In this document: positions 26,559 to 34,407 of the stretch, in pieces | Layout of the letters: each line of letters opens with the position of its first letter | Position numbering within the stretch: the stretch's first letter is position 1 | Virus record (IMG/VR): IMGVR_UViG_3300045988_099661 | Location: 1,698 to 65,697 of that record | From: a virus | DNA: 64,000 nt | Reading direction: 5' to 3' (one strand) | Notes under the pieces: generated by a model | Told to the model about the DNA's origin: nothing | Database searches by the model: none | What the model saw: the letters and a program-made list of their open reading frames with translations, nothing else | Made by a program: the position numbers and the translations under genes

Positions 26559-27998
26559 ATGGATATGGAAAATGCTAAAGATGTTGAACGCGAATGCGCT
26601 GAAAAGATGGTAAACACAGTATTTTGTGAAGTTTGCGGTAGTCTTATCCCCGTGAGCGAAGCTGTTGAAACATGCGACCATTACCACGTATGTCAAGATT
26701 GCGTTGAACGTGAATACGTTGAATGCAATTGCTGCGGTGAGCTGATTCCCCGTGACGACGCAAAAGAAGGCGCTGATGGTGAAATCTATTGCGAGAGCTG
26801 CTTCGACAACGACTTCTTCGTTTGCCCTCATTGTGGCAAAGTTGAATATATCGACGACGCCATCGCAGTATATGACGACGCTGACATGGATAGAGCTGAC
26901 TTTGCACTGTGGTGCAAGGAGTGCGCCACAGAAGACGCACACCGTTGCGACGACTGCGAGCGCTATTTCTGCTACAGACAAGACGTAAACGAGGATGACG
27001 CAGGGCATTGCCTCTGCGATACATGCTTCGATGAAGGGAATTACCGCCGCTGTGAAGACTGTAATGAAATCCTCTCAGAGGATGACCAATACTACAGCGA
27101 TATTGACGACTGCTGCTATTGCGAGCACTGCCTCCCAAAAGACGGCGGGGACGTCATCCACAACTACCACAGCGGTATTCGCCCGTTGAACTGGCATGGT
27201 GGTATCGGCAATATTCGCGACCGCCGTGACCATCTCTTCATGGGCTGGGAACTGGAAATTGACCGTGACGACTGGAGCAAGCAGACGGCATACGATGCAG
27301 AGTGCATTGTCAACGCCGCAGGTTACGACGTGGACGAATCCATCGTCTGCGAACAGGACGGTAGTTTGAACCACGGTTTCGAGCTTATCAGCTCTACCGC
27401 AACACTTGACTATCATCTGAACCATTACGGTATCGACGATTTGATGAAAGAGGCCGTTGAGCTGGGTTACACCAGCCACGACGCAGGAACTTGCGGCTTG
27501 CATGTACATGTTGACCGCACGTATTTCCTTGACGCTTTCGAGAACCCCGAAAACAATGCCTGCATTATCCTTGTGAACAATGCAGGCTGGCTTAAAAAAT
27601 TCAGCCGCCGTACCAATTACGAGTATTGCAAATTCCCGCAGGGCATTGAACCATTCCATCCGGAAGAGTTCAAACCTAATGTCCCGGACGTACTGGACAA
27701 AATCCCTGAGCGCGACGCTATGGAAGTGTTAGAGGATATGCGGCATACATACCGCAATCACTACCACGCGCTGAACTTCAGAGGTGGCTCTACTATCGAA
27801 TTCCGCTTCAATCGTGGTACGTTAAGCCCCGAAACTTTCAAGGCAACATTGCAACTTATCCAAATGTATGCTGATGCTATCAAGCACAGCCGTTTGGACA
27901 CAGCTTGCAAGATTAGCTTGAAATGGTTCTGTCGCGTAGCGAAACAACGCGGTTATACCGAGTTTCTCAGTTATCTGAAGCGTCACAACATCCAGTAA
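26559..27998 (+). CDS. Amidoligase-family (carboxylate-amine ligase-like) protein with an N-terminal array of five zinc-ribbon units, 479 aa
   Basis: C-terminal motif blocks: FMGWELEIDRDD, CEQDGSLNHGFELISS, GTCGLHVHVDR, GGSTIEFRFNRGTL. The N-terminal part has five CxxC-N(8-25)-CxxC units. The start is moved to the ATG at 26559, which sits behind the conserved leader AAAAGGTGGAATTGTACTATG. Confidence 0.65.
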   Translation: MDMENAKDVERECAEKMVNTVFCEVCGSLIPVSEAVETCDHYHVCQDCVEREYVECNCCGELIPRDDAKEGADGEIYCESCFDNDFFVCPHCGKVEYIDDAIAVYDDADMDRADFALWCKECATEDAHRCDDCERYFCYRQDVNEDDAGHCLCDTCFDEGNYRRCEDCNEILSEDDQYYSDIDDCCYCEHCLPKDGGDVIHNYHSGIRPLNWHGGIGNIRDRRDHLFMGWELEIDRDDWSKQTAYDAECIVNAAGYDVDESIVCEQDGSLNHGFELISSTATLDYHLNHYGIDDLMKEAVELGYTSHDAGTCGLHVHVDRTYFLDAFENPENNACIILVNNAGWLKKFSRRTNYEYCKFPQGIEPFHPEEFKPNVPDVLDKIPERDAMEVLEDMRHTYRNHYHALNFRGGSTIEFRFNRGTLSPETFKATLQLIQMYADAIKHSRLDTACKISLKWFCRVAKQRGYTEFLSYLKRHNIQ

Positions 27999-28090
27999 TT
28001 TAAGCGCAAACGCAGGGCATCACTTCGGTGGTGTCTTGCAGGGGTAGCTTAAAACTCCCAAATATTTCAAAAAAGGTGGAATGTATATGT
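27999..28090 (+). repeat. 92-bp cassette junction element, copy A (perfect repeat of 28985-29076)
   Basis: The sequence is TTTAAGCGCAAACGCAGGGCATCACTTCGGTGGTGTCTTGCAGGGGTAGCTTAAAACTCCCAAATATTTCAAAAAAGGTGGAATGTATATGT. It comprises a TTCG-tetraloop hairpin, a GGTAGCTTAA element, the SD and a double ATG. Confidence 0.95.
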
Positions 28091-28989
28091 GTATTATTGC
28101 GTACGCTAAACAAGGAATCGAAATCGAGGAGCATGTTATTCGCACAATGTTCGAGGGCAACCCCGACGGTGCGGGCATCATGTGGAAGCCGTTTGGCAGC
28201 ACAAACGTCGAAATTCGTAAGGGTTTCATGGATGTGGAAAGCTTACTGAAAGCCTGGAGAAAAATTCCCGTTGAATGTGAGAAGGCAATACACTGCCGTA
28301 TCGCGACTTCTGGCAAAATCTCAAAAGGCTGCTGCCATCCATTCCCCGTCCGTCCTAAAACAGACATGATGAAGAAGGCCGTTGATAAGTGCTACATGGC
28401 ATTGATGCATAACGGTGTTATTCGTCAGTGCACGCCTAAAAATGGCCTGAAGGCTATTTGCAGCGACACTATGGTGTTTGCGGCAAAATACCTCTATCCG
28501 TTGCAAAAGCAGATTGACAAAGAGTGCGTACAAGACTTGTTAGAGACTTTCGCCGCGTCTCGTCTGCTGATTATGCGCGCAAACGCTCCGACAATTATGT
28601 TAGGCGATTGGGTAGAAGACAAAGGAGTCTACTACTCCAACACGTCCTACAAAGATTGGGGTTACGGCTATTACCGCTGGCCTAAAAGCTGTCGCACGAG
28701 TCCTTCTGTAAGCTGGATTGCACTTGATATAGGCGATGACGAACCCCAAAAAGCCGCTGCCAGCGTTAAAGAGGCATTAGAGTGCAACAATATCCTTTTC
28801 GATATGGTAGACGACGGCGTAAGTGGTGAAGTGAGCTTTGAAGCCTACGATTTTCCTTATAGCACAACGAAGGTAGCAGGCTATAACATCATCGACCGCA
28901 TCGACGACGAGCAAGACGGTTACGACGACTTCGGGTATGAAGGATACGATGAAGGCGGCTATCTGCCTGTACGCTACCAAAAAGTTTAA
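28087..28989 (+). CDS. Class-II glutamine amidotransferase-like / Ntn Cys-nucleophile hydrolase, about 300 aa
   Basis: From the second ATG the protein starts MCIIAY, a Met-Cys nucleophile arrangement. Further blocks are NPDGAGIMW, HCRIATSGKISKGCCHPF and LMHNGVI. The C-terminal part is acidic and Tyr-rich. Confidence 0.75.
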   Translation: MCIIAYAKQGIEIEEHVIRTMFEGNPDGAGIMWKPFGSTNVEIRKGFMDVESLLKAWRKIPVECEKAIHCRIATSGKISKGCCHPFPVRPKTDMMKKAVDKCYMALMHNGVIRQCTPKNGLKAICSDTMVFAAKYLYPLQKQIDKECVQDLLETFAASRLLIMRANAPTIMLGDWVEDKGVYYSNTSYKDWGYGYYRWPKSCRTSPSVSWIALDIGDDEPQKAAASVKEALECNNILFDMVDDGVSGEVSFEAYDFPYSTTKVAGYNIIDRIDDEQDGYDDFGYEGYDEGGYLPVRYQKV

Positions 28990-29076
28990 GCGCAAACGCA
29001 GGGCATCACTTCGGTGGTGTCTTGCAGGGGTAGCTTAAAACTCCCAAATATTTCAAAAAAGGTGGAATGTATATGT
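28985..29076 (+). repeat. 92-bp cassette junction element, copy B
   Basis: Identical to 27999-28090 by direct comparison of the printed sequence. Confidence 0.95.
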
Positions 29077-29612
29077 CAAAAGAATGGTTAAAAGAATTCA
29101 GTGTATTGGTGAAAGCGCCGGGGCGCTATCATTGCACCAGGTGCGTTGTTAAAAGGCAAAAAGCTCCGACGCTTGAAAAAGCACAAGAGCTTGTAGCGAA
29201 CTACGGTGCATATCACCGTAAAAAGCGCGGCCTTGTCAGTGAGGAAGCCTTTTCGGTAATCAAGAACCCTGTAAAGTTTCGTGTAACCTATACATTCAGT
29301 TGGCCAGATGTCAACGCCACCCGAGAGAAAAGGCATGCTCTCACTGCTGTTCTTGAAGCAGCGAAATCACTTGTCGTTGTTGACCAGTGCTACGCTGGCA
29401 CTGACGTTTGCGACACCGATATATGTATATATCGCATCAATATCACCGGCGACGCTTGCATGAGGAGTTTTATCGAAAATCAACTACGCTTTTCCCAAAA
29501 AGAGAACGCTATCATCGACTACTGTATACAAGTAGAGCCGTATCTGGGTGACGATATTTGTAACCATTACATGATATTCAAAACTTTCAACGACAAGTTC
29601 TTCGTTGGTTAA
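29067..29612 (+). CDS. Hypothetical protein, 181 aa
   Basis: ORF behind a conserved leader. No motif recognised. Confidence 0.6.
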   Translation: MYMSKEWLKEFSVLVKAPGRYHCTRCVVKRQKAPTLEKAQELVANYGAYHRKKRGLVSEEAFSVIKNPVKFRVTYTFSWPDVNATREKRHALTAVLEAAKSLVVVDQCYAGTDVCDTDICIYRINITGDACMRSFIENQLRFSQKENAIIDYCIQVEPYLGDDICNHYMIFKTFNDKFFVG

Positions 29613-29702
29613 GTGCAAACCCAGCGTCCTACGCAGAGCTTAGGGCGTTGGAGGGGTAGCTTAACAACTCCCGAAAATATTTTTAAAAGGTGGTAATGTA
29701 TT

Positions 29703-30029
29703 ATGGATTTTAAACTAGTTAATTTGTGTGACCACGACGTAGTGATTAGAGACTGCAACAACAAATTTCACACGCTGCCAGCCTGCGAAGGTGAGCCAGC
29801 GCGAGTAAAAACCGACTATGCTCCAGTGTTTTATCTTGGGACAGTCGGTGTGAACCGCAAGGTGGGCAGTATAACCACATCCTTACCGCCAACCACGGAA
29901 GGCGTAATGTACGTAGTGAGCCGCATGGTAGCAGAAGCCAATAGGCATCGCAGAGACCTGCTGTTTCCAGGCGCCCAGTTCTACTCAGATGAAGGCGTTC
30001 GTTTCTGTGCAGGTTTAGAGATTCTGTAA
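29703..30029 (+). CDS. Hypothetical protein, 108 aa
   Basis: ORF behind a conserved leader. The N-terminus is MDFKLVNLCDHDVVI. Confidence 0.6.
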   Translation: MDFKLVNLCDHDVVIRDCNNKFHTLPACEGEPARVKTDYAPVFYLGTVGVNRKVGSITTSLPPTTEGVMYVVSRMVAEANRHRRDLLFPGAQFYSDEGVRFCAGLEIL

Positions 30030-30046
30030 GTACGGAGGAGTAAATT

Positions 30047-30301
30047 ATGCGTTCTCAAATAATCGAGCATCACTTTAGGCAAGTCATGAGCGAGTGTTAT
30101 AACCCTTGCAAGCCATCAGAGCCGATTTTAGAGCGAGAAGGCAGATACGTCGACCTCGCACGGCTTGATAACGGCAAAGGTTATCGGCTATATCACGGAA
30201 TTGTCGAAAAGAATATTTACGACTACGTTGACTATGCTGACGAAGCAGAAGCTCGCAACGACATGGACATGCTCATAAAAGCGTATCTGCAAAACAATTA
30301 G
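30047..30301 (+). CDS. Hypothetical protein, 84 aa
   Basis: ORF with GGAGGAG upstream. It is the only island gene coupled to its neighbour without the junction element. Confidence 0.55.
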   Translation: MRSQIIEHHFRQVMSECYNPCKPSEPILEREGRYVDLARLDNGKGYRLYHGIVEKNIYDYVDYADEAEARNDMDMLIKAYLQNN

Positions 30302-30394
30302 TTCAGTCTATTTGCAGGGCATCGGCAACTTGTCGGTGTCTTGCAGGAGTGATTGAACACTCAAACTTAATTTTTTTGAAAGGTGGTAATTGTA

Positions 30395-31012
30395 TTGGGT
30401 AACAGAGCTGTGATTTTAAACAAAAAGGATATGCTCGCAGACGGGAGAATCAACCCGAATCAAATTGGAGTGTACCTCCATTGGAACGGAGGCAGAACTT
30501 GCATTGAGGCTTTCTTGAAGTATTGCGAGTTGAAGCAGTACCGTACCCCGGATACCGACTGCTATGGATGGGCAAGGCTTTGCCAAGTTATCGGCAACTT
30601 CTTCGGCGGCGGCTTGAGTCTCGGCATCGACTGCGCAATGAATCTCGATTGCGCAAACTACGACAACGGCACTTATGTTATCGAAAATTGGGAAATTGTT
30701 GGCCGTTTGCATTTGGAGCATAGTGAATGCTACGCTGATTATAGCGTCAATGATATGCTCAAGGAAATCGACAAAAGAATGCCCGAAAGCGAGCGTCTAG
30801 GCGAAGGTTTTTTTGACGCAGAAGAAGTTGCTGCCGAAGAGCTGCAAGTTGGCGACACAGTTTTCGTGTTTGACACTGACAGCCATTGTTATAGTCCTCG
30901 CGTCGTGAATATTACTCCCGACAAGGTTTACTTTGATGGCGCCATGTCTGGCAGTATAGACCTCAAGCGAGGCCTCATGCCACAAATGGTTCGTCGCCTG
31001 CCAAAGAGCTAA
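30395..31012 (+). CDS. Hypothetical protein, about 205 aa
   Basis: The track's GTG start at 30383 lies inside the SD. The TTG at 30395 sits where the ATG sits in the other leaders. No motif recognised. Confidence 0.55.
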   Translation: MGNRAVILNKKDMLADGRINPNQIGVYLHWNGGRTCIEAFLKYCELKQYRTPDTDCYGWARLCQVIGNFFGGGLSLGIDCAMNLDCANYDNGTYVIENWEIVGRLHLEHSECYADYSVNDMLKEIDKRMPESERLGEGFFDAEEVAAEELQVGDTVFVFDTDSHCYSPRVVNITPDKVYFDGAMSGSIDLKRGLMPQMVRRLPKS

Positions 31013-31104
31013 TTTAATCTATTCACAGCCTGCGAGCTTCGGCTCGTCGGTTGTGGCAGTGATAAAATAAAACAATCATTGATATTATATATGAAAGGTG
31101 GTAA

Positions 31105-31290
31105 ATGATTATGAAAAACAAGAACAACAAGCGCTTCGGTCAGCTCATGAAGCTCATGCGCATGGTTAACCACGGAATTTTCGTCTACCCTACTGAACCC
31201 CAACAAGCACTCTACAACAGGCTGCACAAGATTTTATTGTTCGGCGTATACGGTATTACTGACCGCAAAATGGCAAAGGAGCGTGGATAA
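31105..31290 (+). CDS. Small basic hypothetical protein, 59-61 aa
   Basis: The conserved leader AAAGGTGGTAAATGATTATG precedes it. Confidence 0.5.
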   Translation: MIMKNKNNKRFGQLMKLMRMVNHGIFVYPTEPQQALYNRLHKILLFGVYGITDRKMAKERG

Positions 31291-31334
31291 TGCCAATTTA
31301 GGCAAGGTTAATGTTTATGTATGTCAATAACGAA

Positions 31335-31365
31335 AGCCCCGTGATTAATTTCACGGGGCTTTTTG
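31335..31365 (+). terminator. Intrinsic terminator closing the cassette array
   Basis: AGCCCCGTGA-TTAATT-TCACGGGGCT followed by TTTT. Confidence 0.8.
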
Positions 31366-31406
31366 CGTTTCCGAGTATTATTTTTTCATTTTTTATGATT
31401 TTTTAG

Positions 31407-31435
31407 TTGACATTTTGATATTGATATGGTATTAT
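31407..31435 (+). promoter_or_regulatory. Sigma-70-type promoter for 31488-31889
   Basis: TTGACA (31407-31412), a 17-nt spacer, then TATTAT (31430-31435). Confidence 0.6.
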
Positions 31436-31487
31436 TTTATCAGTTAAATGGTACATATTAGTACTCAGTAAAAAGGAGGAATTTTAT

Positions 31488-31889
31488 ATGAACAACACAG
31501 AAAAAAACACTCGATTAGGCGGTTTCAGAGAAGGTGCTGGACGCAAGAAGGAACTACCAAACGGTGCAAAGGTTACATCTTTTAAACTCACTGACGCTGA
31601 GCGTATCGCAGTAAAGAAGTTCATTGCCGAACTCCGTGGTGGCAACAACTCCAAAATGAAAGAAGCAGAAAAAGAGAAAAGTGCTTTTGAAATTATGCAG
31701 AGAGCAACCGAACCTTTAGCCATTGAACTGCGCAGAATCATCGACCTGTACGGCGGTCGTGGCAAAGGCTTTCGTAAAGCAGAAGAGATTGCAAAAGTGA
31801 TTGCTGTCGCCGCACCGAAAGACGCTATCCAATCATGGGAGAACGACAATCCACGTCAATACGACAAAAACGGTAAAGAGATTCGCTGA
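31488..31889 (+). CDS. Hypothetical protein with an N-terminal GGFREGAGRKK motif, 133 aa
   Basis: ORF with AAAGGAGG upstream. It has its own promoter and terminator. Confidence 0.6.
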   Translation: MNNTEKNTRLGGFREGAGRKKELPNGAKVTSFKLTDAERIAVKKFIAELRGGNNSKMKEAEKEKSAFEIMQRATEPLAIELRRIIDLYGGRGKGFRKAEEIAKVIAVAAPKDAIQSWENDNPRQYDKNGKEIR

Positions 31890-31896
31890 TACAAAA

Positions 31897-31921
31897 AGCC
31901 ACCCTTTCGGGTGGCTTTTTT
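31897..31921 (+). terminator. Intrinsic terminator
   Basis: AGCCACCC-TTTC-GGGTGGCT followed by TTTTT. Confidence 0.85.
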
Positions 31922-31956
31922 CACTCTCAATCTCAACAAAACAACGAACAGAAAAC

Positions 31957-32029
31957 AAGGCAGGATGAATGTGCAAAAACATTTAAAGGTGGTAAATGTA
32001 TTATGAAGTTCAATGCCTGCCTTGCCGGT
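31957..32029 (+). promoter_or_regulatory. Orphan copy of the island leader followed by only an 11-codon ORF (cassette remnant)
   Basis: TTTAAAGGTGGTAAATGTATTATG is followed by AAGTTCAATGCCTGCCTTGCCGGTTTATTATAG. A 9-bp inverted repeat CAAGGCAGG/CCTGCCTTG flanks the SD. Confidence 0.5.
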
Positions 32030-32065
32030 TTATTATAGCACAGTTAGACCAGCTACGCAACAGCA

Positions 32066-32104
32066 AAAGCCCTTAGCAAAATATAAATGCTAGGGGCTTT
32101 TTTG
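32066..32104. terminator. Bidirectional terminator between the island and the late-activator gene
   Basis: AAAGCCCTTAGCA...TGCTAGGGGCTTT with an A-run on one side and a T-run on the other. Confidence 0.7.
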
Positions 32105-32108
32105 CTGT

Positions 32109-32702
32109 CTAAAAAACTTTTATTAAGCCAAGCTGAATCGCGCACTCTCTGGCATATCCAATGCCAATATCACGCAGTCGGTAATATTTATCCTCGCTAA
32201 TGGCAAGCTCGGTCTGCGTCCGGCGCATCGGTTCGTTCTCAAAGAACCTGCGGCGTAGTACCTCACTCACCAGCTCGTCCTCGTCATCAGAGAAGAAGAA
32301 TAGCGTCTGCTCTACAACAGCCAGCCACTTCTCGGGCTGTGCTATGACTTCTTCATCGAGCCTCTCAGCGTTAATAATTACCTTTGCTAGTGGTTGGTAG
32401 TGCTTCATTGCAATCGTCGCCGTTGGGTCGGATATGAAGGCGTGAGTGCTACTTCCGCCGCCGGTCTTGCCACCGCTCTGGTAATAACCCTGCTCCTCGC
32501 GACAGGTCTCCACCTCGCGTTTAATGCGGTCGTAGTAGTAAAACATTTTTTCCACCAAGCCAAAGCCTCTCTGCGGCTTGCGAGTCGCACGCCATTTCCT
32601 TCGTGCACTCTGATTCAGAATCTCTGATGATACAGGAAAGTCGACAACAACGCTGTCGGTCTTCGCTTTTTTCTCTTCGCTATCAAGCATTTCTAAGGTC
32701 AT
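32109..32702 (-). CDS. RinA/ArpU-like late-gene transcriptional activator (sigma-region-4-like HTH), 197 aa
   Basis: The pattern STHAFISDPTATIAM...PEKWLAVVEQTL...RRRFFENEPMRRTQTELAISEDKYYRLRDIGIGYARECAIQLGL resembles this family. It is the last gene of the early/middle leftward operon. Confidence 0.55.
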   Translation of the reverse strand: MTLEMLDSEEKKAKTDSVVVDFPVSSEILNQSARRKWRATRKPQRGFGLVEKMFYYYDRIKREVETCREEQGYYQSGGKTGGGSSTHAFISDPTATIAMKHYQPLAKVIINAERLDEEVIAQPEKWLAVVEQTLFFFSDDEDELVSEVLRRRFFENEPMRRTQTELAISEDKYYRLRDIGIGYARECAIQLGLIKVF

Positions 32703-33192
32703 GGTTAAGCTCCTTCCAGTTGCTCGGCTTCCCGATAAGAACTTCCACCCCTTCTTCTCCCTTTGTTGCTTTAGTTATATACTTTCTGAGCACTGTTGTG
32801 CCTATAACTTGTGCTTTTCTTTTCCAGAGCACGCCTGTCAGCGCGTCCATGAAAAGCTTCAAAATGCGTTCGACGCTCGGTTCGCGTAGCGGCAGGATTT
32901 CGCCGTGGCGAATCTGCTCCCAGCGATAGCTTCTCGGTTTAAGCTTGCCCAGCCCGACACGTATGACGAGAACCACATAGTACGCCGCGTCCTCGTCGTA
33001 TTCCCAGCCGTATTCCAGCATCGCCATTTTGGTGGCGAATGCAGCGCGAGCTTTCCAGCCGTCTTTGGCTACAATATCATGCTCGCCCTCTGCTAATTGG
33101 CCACGGCTTTTAGAAGCGCCTCGCGTGAGCGCTCTGCCCGGAATAGTATATTCCATGCGCGGGCTTACAATGCGCTTGCTAAAGTTTGGCAT
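32683..33192 (-). CDS. Hypothetical protein, 169 aa (weak RusA-like pattern)
   Basis: PSVERILKLFMDALTGVLWKRKAQVI loosely resembles the RusA core, but the acidic residues are not all present. Confidence 0.3.
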   Translation of the reverse strand: MPNFSKRIVSPRMEYTIPGRALTRGASKSRGQLAEGEHDIVAKDGWKARAAFATKMAMLEYGWEYDEDAAYYVVLVIRVGLGKLKPRSYRWEQIRHGEILPLREPSVERILKLFMDALTGVLWKRKAQVIGTTVLRKYITKATKGEEGVEVLIGKPSNWKELNHDLRNA

Positions 33193-33206
33193 ATCACTTC
33201 ACCGCC

Positions 33207-33647
33207 TTAAAATGGAATTTCTTCGGGGTCGATTTCGTACCCGAACGACGACATACTTTTGCCGCCGTTGCCACCGCTTGCCTGCTGAGTAAAGCCGCCT
33301 TGAGCGGCATTGTTACCACCGGCAGAGCCGCCATTTCTGCTGTCGACAAACTCGAAGCGGTCAAGTAGTACGTCTGTGGTATATTTCTTAGTGCCGTCTT
33401 TGGCAGTATAGCTGCCGGTGTTGATACGTCCTTCCAGCAGAATCTTGCTGCCTTTGGCGAGATAATTGCCAATGGTTTCAGCGGTCTTGCCCCACGCTAC
33501 GCAAGGAATAAAATCGGCCTCTTTGGGCTGGTCTTTACGGAACGGTCTGTCAATAGCAACGGTAAACTTGCAGTACACCTTGCCATTCTGAGTGTAATTT
33601 ACCTCCGGTTCTCTAGTTAAACGACCTAAACCTACAAAATGATTCAT
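33207..33647 (-). CDS. ssb: Single-stranded DNA-binding protein
   Basis: OB-fold N-terminus (MNHFVGLGRLTREPEVNYTQNGKVYCKFTVAIDR), a Gly-rich linker and an acidic tail DPEEIPF. Confidence 0.95.
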   Translation of the reverse strand: MNHFVGLGRLTREPEVNYTQNGKVYCKFTVAIDRPFRKDQPKEADFIPCVAWGKTAETIGNYLAKGSKILLEGRINTGSYTAKDGTKKYTTDVLLDRFEFVDSRNGGSAGGNNAAQGGFTQQASGGNGGKSMSSFGYEIDPEEIPF

Positions 33648-33678
33648 GTTTATATTCCCCTTTCGTTATCATGAAAAA

Positions 33679-34302
33679 TTATAAAGCAGTAGTTATGTGT
33701 ACATCCTTCTCGTTGACACCATTCTCCTTGGCAGTCTTAGCCATTTCGATACGGTATTCCTGCGGAGTTAAGAAGTACAGTTCGTTGTCCAAACGGAACT
33801 CACACTCCCCCTCTTTAGGAGCTGTGCGGATAGGCTCGACTTCAATGCGATGAAAAACCTTCCGCCACTTGCAGTCCTTGACATACTTGCCTTGCTCACA
33901 ACATGTACAAGCTTTAAGTGCAAGGTCTAAGAGGTCGTACAAGTCCTCGGTTTCAACGGTAATGTTAGGCTCTCCATCTCTAGCTCTAACTGGCACGCTA
34001 GTGCAGAGCTTCAAATCCGTTTGCTTTCTGCGGCGCTTGAGGCTCTCAAGTTGTTTGCGGTCAAGATAGGCAATACGCTCCTCGATGATGTTCTGACAGT
34101 ATGTCGCAACACACTTGAGCTTTCTGTGCCACGCCTTGTCCTTGGTGCTTTCAGCGGCTTTGTCAGCTTCTCCGGCGAGGATTCCTATTTTTAACCAGCT
34201 AAGGTATTCTTCCTTGCTCATGTATTTCTCCTTATTCAAGTCTGCCCCTTCTTTCTTTTGTTTTAACTCAGTTTTTGCTTTCTTCGGTATCTTCATCGTC
34301 AT
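33679..34302 (-). CDS. Hypothetical protein, 207 aa
   Basis: ORF with one Cys cluster (CTCCEQGKYVKDC). Confidence 0.6.
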   Translation of the reverse strand: MTMKIPKKAKTELKQKKEGADLNKEKYMSKEEYLSWLKIGILAGEADKAAESTKDKAWHRKLKCVATYCQNIIEERIAYLDRKQLESLKRRRKQTDLKLCTSVPVRARDGEPNITVETEDLYDLLDLALKACTCCEQGKYVKDCKWRKVFHRIEVEPIRTAPKEGECEFRLDNELYFLTPQEYRIEMAKTAKENGVNEKDVHITTAL

Positions 34303-34407
34303 CTTCTATGACAAAGAACGTGTCAATCACGACATAGAAAATACCAAACGTCAAGCAACTTCCAAGGCCAGCACCCATGGCAAAAACCACCAACAACTCC
34401 CAATCCA

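Noticed and set aside
25085-31365. An integron-like cassette array
   Set aside because: There is no integron integrase, and the junction hairpins lack the GTTRRRY-type attC core. Each junction also carries its own SD/start context, which fits phage regulatory cassettes better.
32683-33192. A second RusA resolvase
   Set aside because: Only one short segment resembles the RusA core and key acidic residues are missing. A canonical RusA already exists at 35581-36117. It is left as hypothetical.
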